NCBI GenBank assembly: GCA_016926735.1
Contig: JAFGOA010000132.1
Coordinates: 1 to 10,569 of the forward strand
Length of the DNA: 10,569 bases
Direction of reading: 5' to 3'
DNA from: Promethearchaeota archaeon
GTDB taxonomy: Archaea > Asgardarchaeota > Lokiarchaeia > Sigyniarchaeales > SOKP01
Every line of letters starts with the position of its first letter. Positions within the stretch are counted from its first letter, which is position 1. The notes under the pieces are model-generated. The model saw nothing but the letters and a program-made list of their open reading frames with translations. It was not told the DNA's origin and did no database searches. This document shows positions 7,389-10,569 of this stretch, piece by piece. Both the position numbers and the translations under genes were made by a program.

Positions 7389-9102
7389 CTAATTCTTATT
7401 TTTTTTAAATTTGATAGTTTCGCTAATAAATGCAGAATAAACTGGATTAGGTTTAAAAGGACGGGAAGTAAATTCGGGATGAAATTGAACACCAACCATC
7501 CAATGATCATCACGATTTAATTCAATACTATTAACGATTTTACCTGAGTCGTCTGTACTTGAAATTATCAGATTATTATCATTTTGATTTGAGATATAAT
7601 CAGGGATTATGTGATATCTATGTCTAAATCTTTCTTTTATTTCTTTTTTTCCATATGCCTCATATAATTTTGTCCCTTTATTGATCACTATATCTAATCC
7701 TCCTAATCTCATTGTTCCTCCTTTTTCCGTTATTTCTTTTTGTTCTTCTAATAAATTAACCACAGGATATGGTGTTTGAGGATTGATTTCTGTTGAATTA
7801 GCATCTTTTAATCCTAAATATTTTCTACAATAACCAATATAAAATAATTGTGCTCCAAAACATATTCCCAGAAAAGGTATTTTCTTTTCCATAGCAAATT
7901 CCGCACTTTTTATCATTCCTTCTACAGCTCTTCTACCAAATCCCGGTGTTAGTAAAATACCATCACATTCACTAAGTTCTTTTGTTATATCTATATCATC
8001 ATCAATATTGATCATTTTCAAATCGGTTTTATATCCTTGGTGTGCTGCAGCATGCTCCAATGCATCATTTATAGAAATATATGAATCTGTGATATTGAAA
8101 TATTTTCCTGGCATTGCAATCTTAACTGTTTTATCTGCTTTTCTGAACATTTCAGCTAGTTTTTGCCATTCTGAGTAGTTAGTTACTTTATTATAGGATA
8201 CCAACTTAGCTTTTAAATCCAATATTTCACAGAGAAAATCACCTAAATTCTGTTCTTCAAAAAAGAGAGGCAATTCATAAATATTTTTCGTATCTGGATC
8301 TGAAATAACAGCCTTTTTTGGAACATTTGAAAATAAAGAAATTTTATTTTTAATATCTTCTTCTAATGGGATCTCACTTCTCCCAATTATAATATCTGGC
8401 TGCAATCCCGCACTCTGTAACATCTTTACAGAATGTTGTGTAGGTTTTGATTTTTGTTGTCCTACAGCCCTAGAATAGGGAATTAGCGTGACATGGACCA
8501 ATGCTGTATTTTTTCCAGATAATTCTAAACGAAATTGCCGAAAACTTTCTAAGAAGATACTTGATTCTAAATCTCCAACAGTTCCCCCACACTCTATTAA
8601 TAGAATATCAAGATCATCTTTTTTGGCTATATCAAATAATCTCTCTTTTATCATATTGGTAACATGGGGAATAAGCTGAACGGTTCTTCCTAAAAATTTA
8701 CCCTTTCTTTCCTCTAAAATGGTTGATAGAAATATCTGACCAGAGGTGATATTATTTGATGGGTGGATAGTAATACCCAAGAATCGTTCGTTTTTACTAA
8801 TTCATATGAAAAATATGAATATATGTACCGAAATCCTGGTCTATCTCACTTATCTTATAAACTCTTTCATTTGAATCTGGTACAGGTTTAAAATCCCATA
8901 CTTCTTCAGTAATAAAGCATTCTCCATGCTCTATTGGATTAAGGGTGCCAGGATCAATATTAAGATAGGGATCTATTTTTACTACTGATATCTTAAAACC
9001 TCTAAATTGTAGAATCTTGCCTAAGCTCGCCGTAACGACACCTTTCCCGATCGCTGACATAACTCCGCCTGTTACGAACACATATCTCGTTCCATTTGTC
9101 AT
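7389..9102 (-). CDS. pyrG: CTP synthase interrupted by a 31-nt putative intron; predicted join(9102..8823, 8791..7389), 560 aa
   Basis: Exon 1 encodes [30 protein letters not shown] and EIDQDFGT. Exon 2 encodes [43 protein letters not shown] and the glutaminase triad GICFG / FHPE. Removing 8822-8792 joins ACA T to AC GAA CGA TTC (T-Y-E-R-F); 280 + 1403 = 1683 nt, in frame. Confidence 0.93.
8792..8822 (-). other. Putative bulge-helix-bulge (tRNA-splicing-endonuclease type) mRNA intron, 31 nt: AUAUUCAUAUUUUUCAUAUGAAUUAGUAAAA
   Basis: Exon helix UUCG(8832-8829)/CGAA(8790-8787); central helix GUAC(8828-8825)/GUAA(8797-8794) with 3 Watson-Crick pairs plus G.A; 3-nt bulges AU|A (8824-8822) and AA|A (8793-8791); intron stem U8821-A8798 plus 8-bp AUUCAUAU/AUAUGAAU with a UUUUC loop. 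Contains the in-frame UAG. Confidence 0.8.
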
Positions 9103-9267
9103 AATCTTGAAGGAAATTGATTTTTAATATTTTATTTATAATTATATAAGGTAATTAATTTCTATATTAATTACTAATAATTTGGAAATTTAAAAATTAA
9201 CTTATTAATCGAGGATATAAATTCAAACTTTTTTTATTAATAAAAATATAGAAAAATGTTAGTACAT

Positions 9268-9615
9268 TCATTTTAGATATGGAATGATACAGAGAAAGAC
9301 AAATACTTCTTTAGAATTATTTTTTATTCTATGATATTCATTTGAAGGTATGAATATAGCATCATCCTTTACAGCTCTAAACACGATCTCCCCCTCCATA
9401 TTAATAAATTCAGCTTCACCTTCAAGAATATAGATATGATGCTCTTCTGGATGGTTATGAAGTCCTACCTCCCCCTCTGGTTGAATTTCAAAACGTCGTG
9501 TAGCAAAATTAATAGAACCATCTTCCTTGGTAATTAACCATTGAATTGTTGTTTTTATTGAATTTGCCTTGGTTACAATTTCTTTTTCTATTTTCTTACT
9601 TTTTTTTAGGAGCAT
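9268..9615 (-). CDS. Cupin domain protein (Cupin_2)
   Basis: Motif 1 PEGEVGLHNHPEEHHIYILEGE and motif 2 DAIFIPSNEYHRIKN carry the His/His/Glu/His metal ligands; C-terminal FLCIIP. Confidence 0.88.
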   Translation of the reverse strand: MLLKKSKKIEKEIVTKANSIKTTIQWLITKEDGSINFATRRFEIQPEGEVGLHNHPEEHHIYILEGEAEFINMEGEIVFRAVKDDAIFIPSNEYHRIKNNSKEVFVFLCIIPYLK

Positions 9616-10081
9616 AATTTTTAATTTTTAAATTTTAATTAATTAAGATTTATCAGAATTTTAACTTTAATATTGGGACTTATTAACTAAATTTAAATAT
9701 AAAAATTTTATATGATTCTTTTATTTTTTGCTAGAAAAATATCAAAATGACTTTTTTTTAGTCAAAATACAGATAACTTCTAGTGTATTATTATAAAATT
9801 ATAAAATCATAAATGAGATTTTTTTTTAAAAAATTAAAATTATTTTTAAATTTTTGAATATTTTATTTATCGATAGATAATTTTTTTCAAATAAAGGTAA
9901 ATAATTGATTAAGATTTTTCTAAAAAATTTTCAATACTAAGCACAAGATTTATATATGATTAGGAATTTTCTTAAAAACTTTCAGTTATTGATTAAAAAC
10001 CTAAAAATTATTCACTTGAACTAAATTATTTAAATGGTTTATTCATTTATTATATTAATAAATAAAAAACTTTCAATCATT

Positions 10082-10569
10082 ATGAATTTTGTAAAATTAG
10101 AGTCAAAAGAAAAGATAAAAGAACGGCAAGAACCTGTTATGAATATAGAAAATAGTAACTTAAATAATATTGAAGAAGAGATCAAAATTCACAAAGGACT
10201 CGTTGGTGTCTATGTAGATGAAAGTTATATTTCATATATCGATGGTATCAGAGGCAAATTATTTTATCGAGGTTATGCTCTGAGAGATCTTGTAGAGAAA
10301 TCAACTTTTGAAGAAATTGCATATTTACTTATATATGGATATTTACCTACCAGATCTCAATTGGATGAATTCAAGAGATTGCTTGTTGAAGAAAGAAATA
10401 TCCCTGATAATATATTAACGATTTTAAAGAGTTTTCCTCGAAAGACAACTAGAATAGAACTTCTTCGAACAGCAATTTCTGCATTATCACTATATGATCC
10501 AGATGATTATAATTATTCTGAAGAGGCAAATATTAGAAAAGGAATTAGAATTATTGCTAAAATCCCAAC
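10082..10569 (+). CDS. Citrate synthase / 2-methylcitrate synthase family, 5' partial (runs off the window; absent from the ORF track)
   Basis: Manual translation from ATG 10082 (alternative ATG 10139) is open to the window end: ...IHKGLVGVYVDESYISYIDGIRGKLFYRGYALRDLVEKSTFEEIAYLLIYGYLPT...LLRTAISALSLYD...IRIIAKIP, the typical citrate synthase N-terminus. Confidence 0.9.
   Translation, partial: MNFVKLESKEKIKERQEPVMNIENSNLNNIEEEIKIHKGLVGVYVDESYISYIDGIRGKLFYRGYALRDLVEKSTFEEIAYLLIYGYLPTRSQLDEFKRLLVEERNIPDNILTILKSFPRKTTRIELLRTAISALSLYDPDDYNYSEEANIRKGIRIIAKIP

Noticed and set aside
8488-8679. 63-aa plus-strand ORF
   Set aside because: Antisense to conserved pyrG coding sequence.
7389-8780. Independent 463-aa gene starting at TTG 8780 (naturally split two-subunit PyrG)
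   Set aside because: The TTG is the Leu of ERFL, the conserved E-R-F codons lie upstream in frame, no SD is visible, and the break falls within a conserved motif rather than at a domain boundary.
8797-8804. Programmed frameshift or stop readthrough as the way to express pyrG
   Set aside because: The downstream frame has its own TGA at 8804-8802, leaving a window of only a few nt, and the product would carry about 10 extra residues inside G-x-Y-E-R-F; readthrough alone does not restore the frame.
9103-9150. CTP-sensing start-site or reiterative-transcription control of pyrG at TTTCCTTC
   Set aside because: No GGGC start or attenuator hairpin of the Bacillus type, and the TSS cannot be placed among several TATA-like runs.
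9616-10081. Long intergenic region between the cupin and citrate synthase genes as ncRNA, origin or repeat array
   Set aside because: Extremely AT-rich with only low-complexity palindromes; no GC stems, regular repeats or ORB-like boxes seen. Treated as a divergent promoter region.

Overview
Very AT-rich window, most likely archaeal. That call rests on a bulge-helix-bulge intron signature, a C/D-box-like RNA and oligo-T terminators; an Asgard/Lokiarchaeia origin is only a guess. Contents in order: a candidate C/D-box guide RNA (minus, ~85-180); a large secreted GH9 endoglucanase whose CBM3c module is interrupted by three tandem CBM4/9-like modules; an ICMT/PEMT-family membrane methyltransferase; an HxlR-type regulator divergent from a PfpI/DJ-1 plus L-lactate dehydrogenase pair; CTP synthase (pyrG); a cupin; and the 5' part of a citrate synthase. 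The main finding is that pyrG, shown as two ORFs, is one gene interrupted inside its conserved D-x-D-x-G-x-Y-E-R-F motif by a 31-nt insert (8792-8822). The insert folds into a nearly canonical bulge-helix-bulge (BHB) motif. Cutting at the two standard BHB positions removes exactly 31 nt and restores both the frame and the conserved Tyr, giving a 560-aa enzyme. This is a candidate tRNA-type intron in an mRNA for a core metabolic enzyme.
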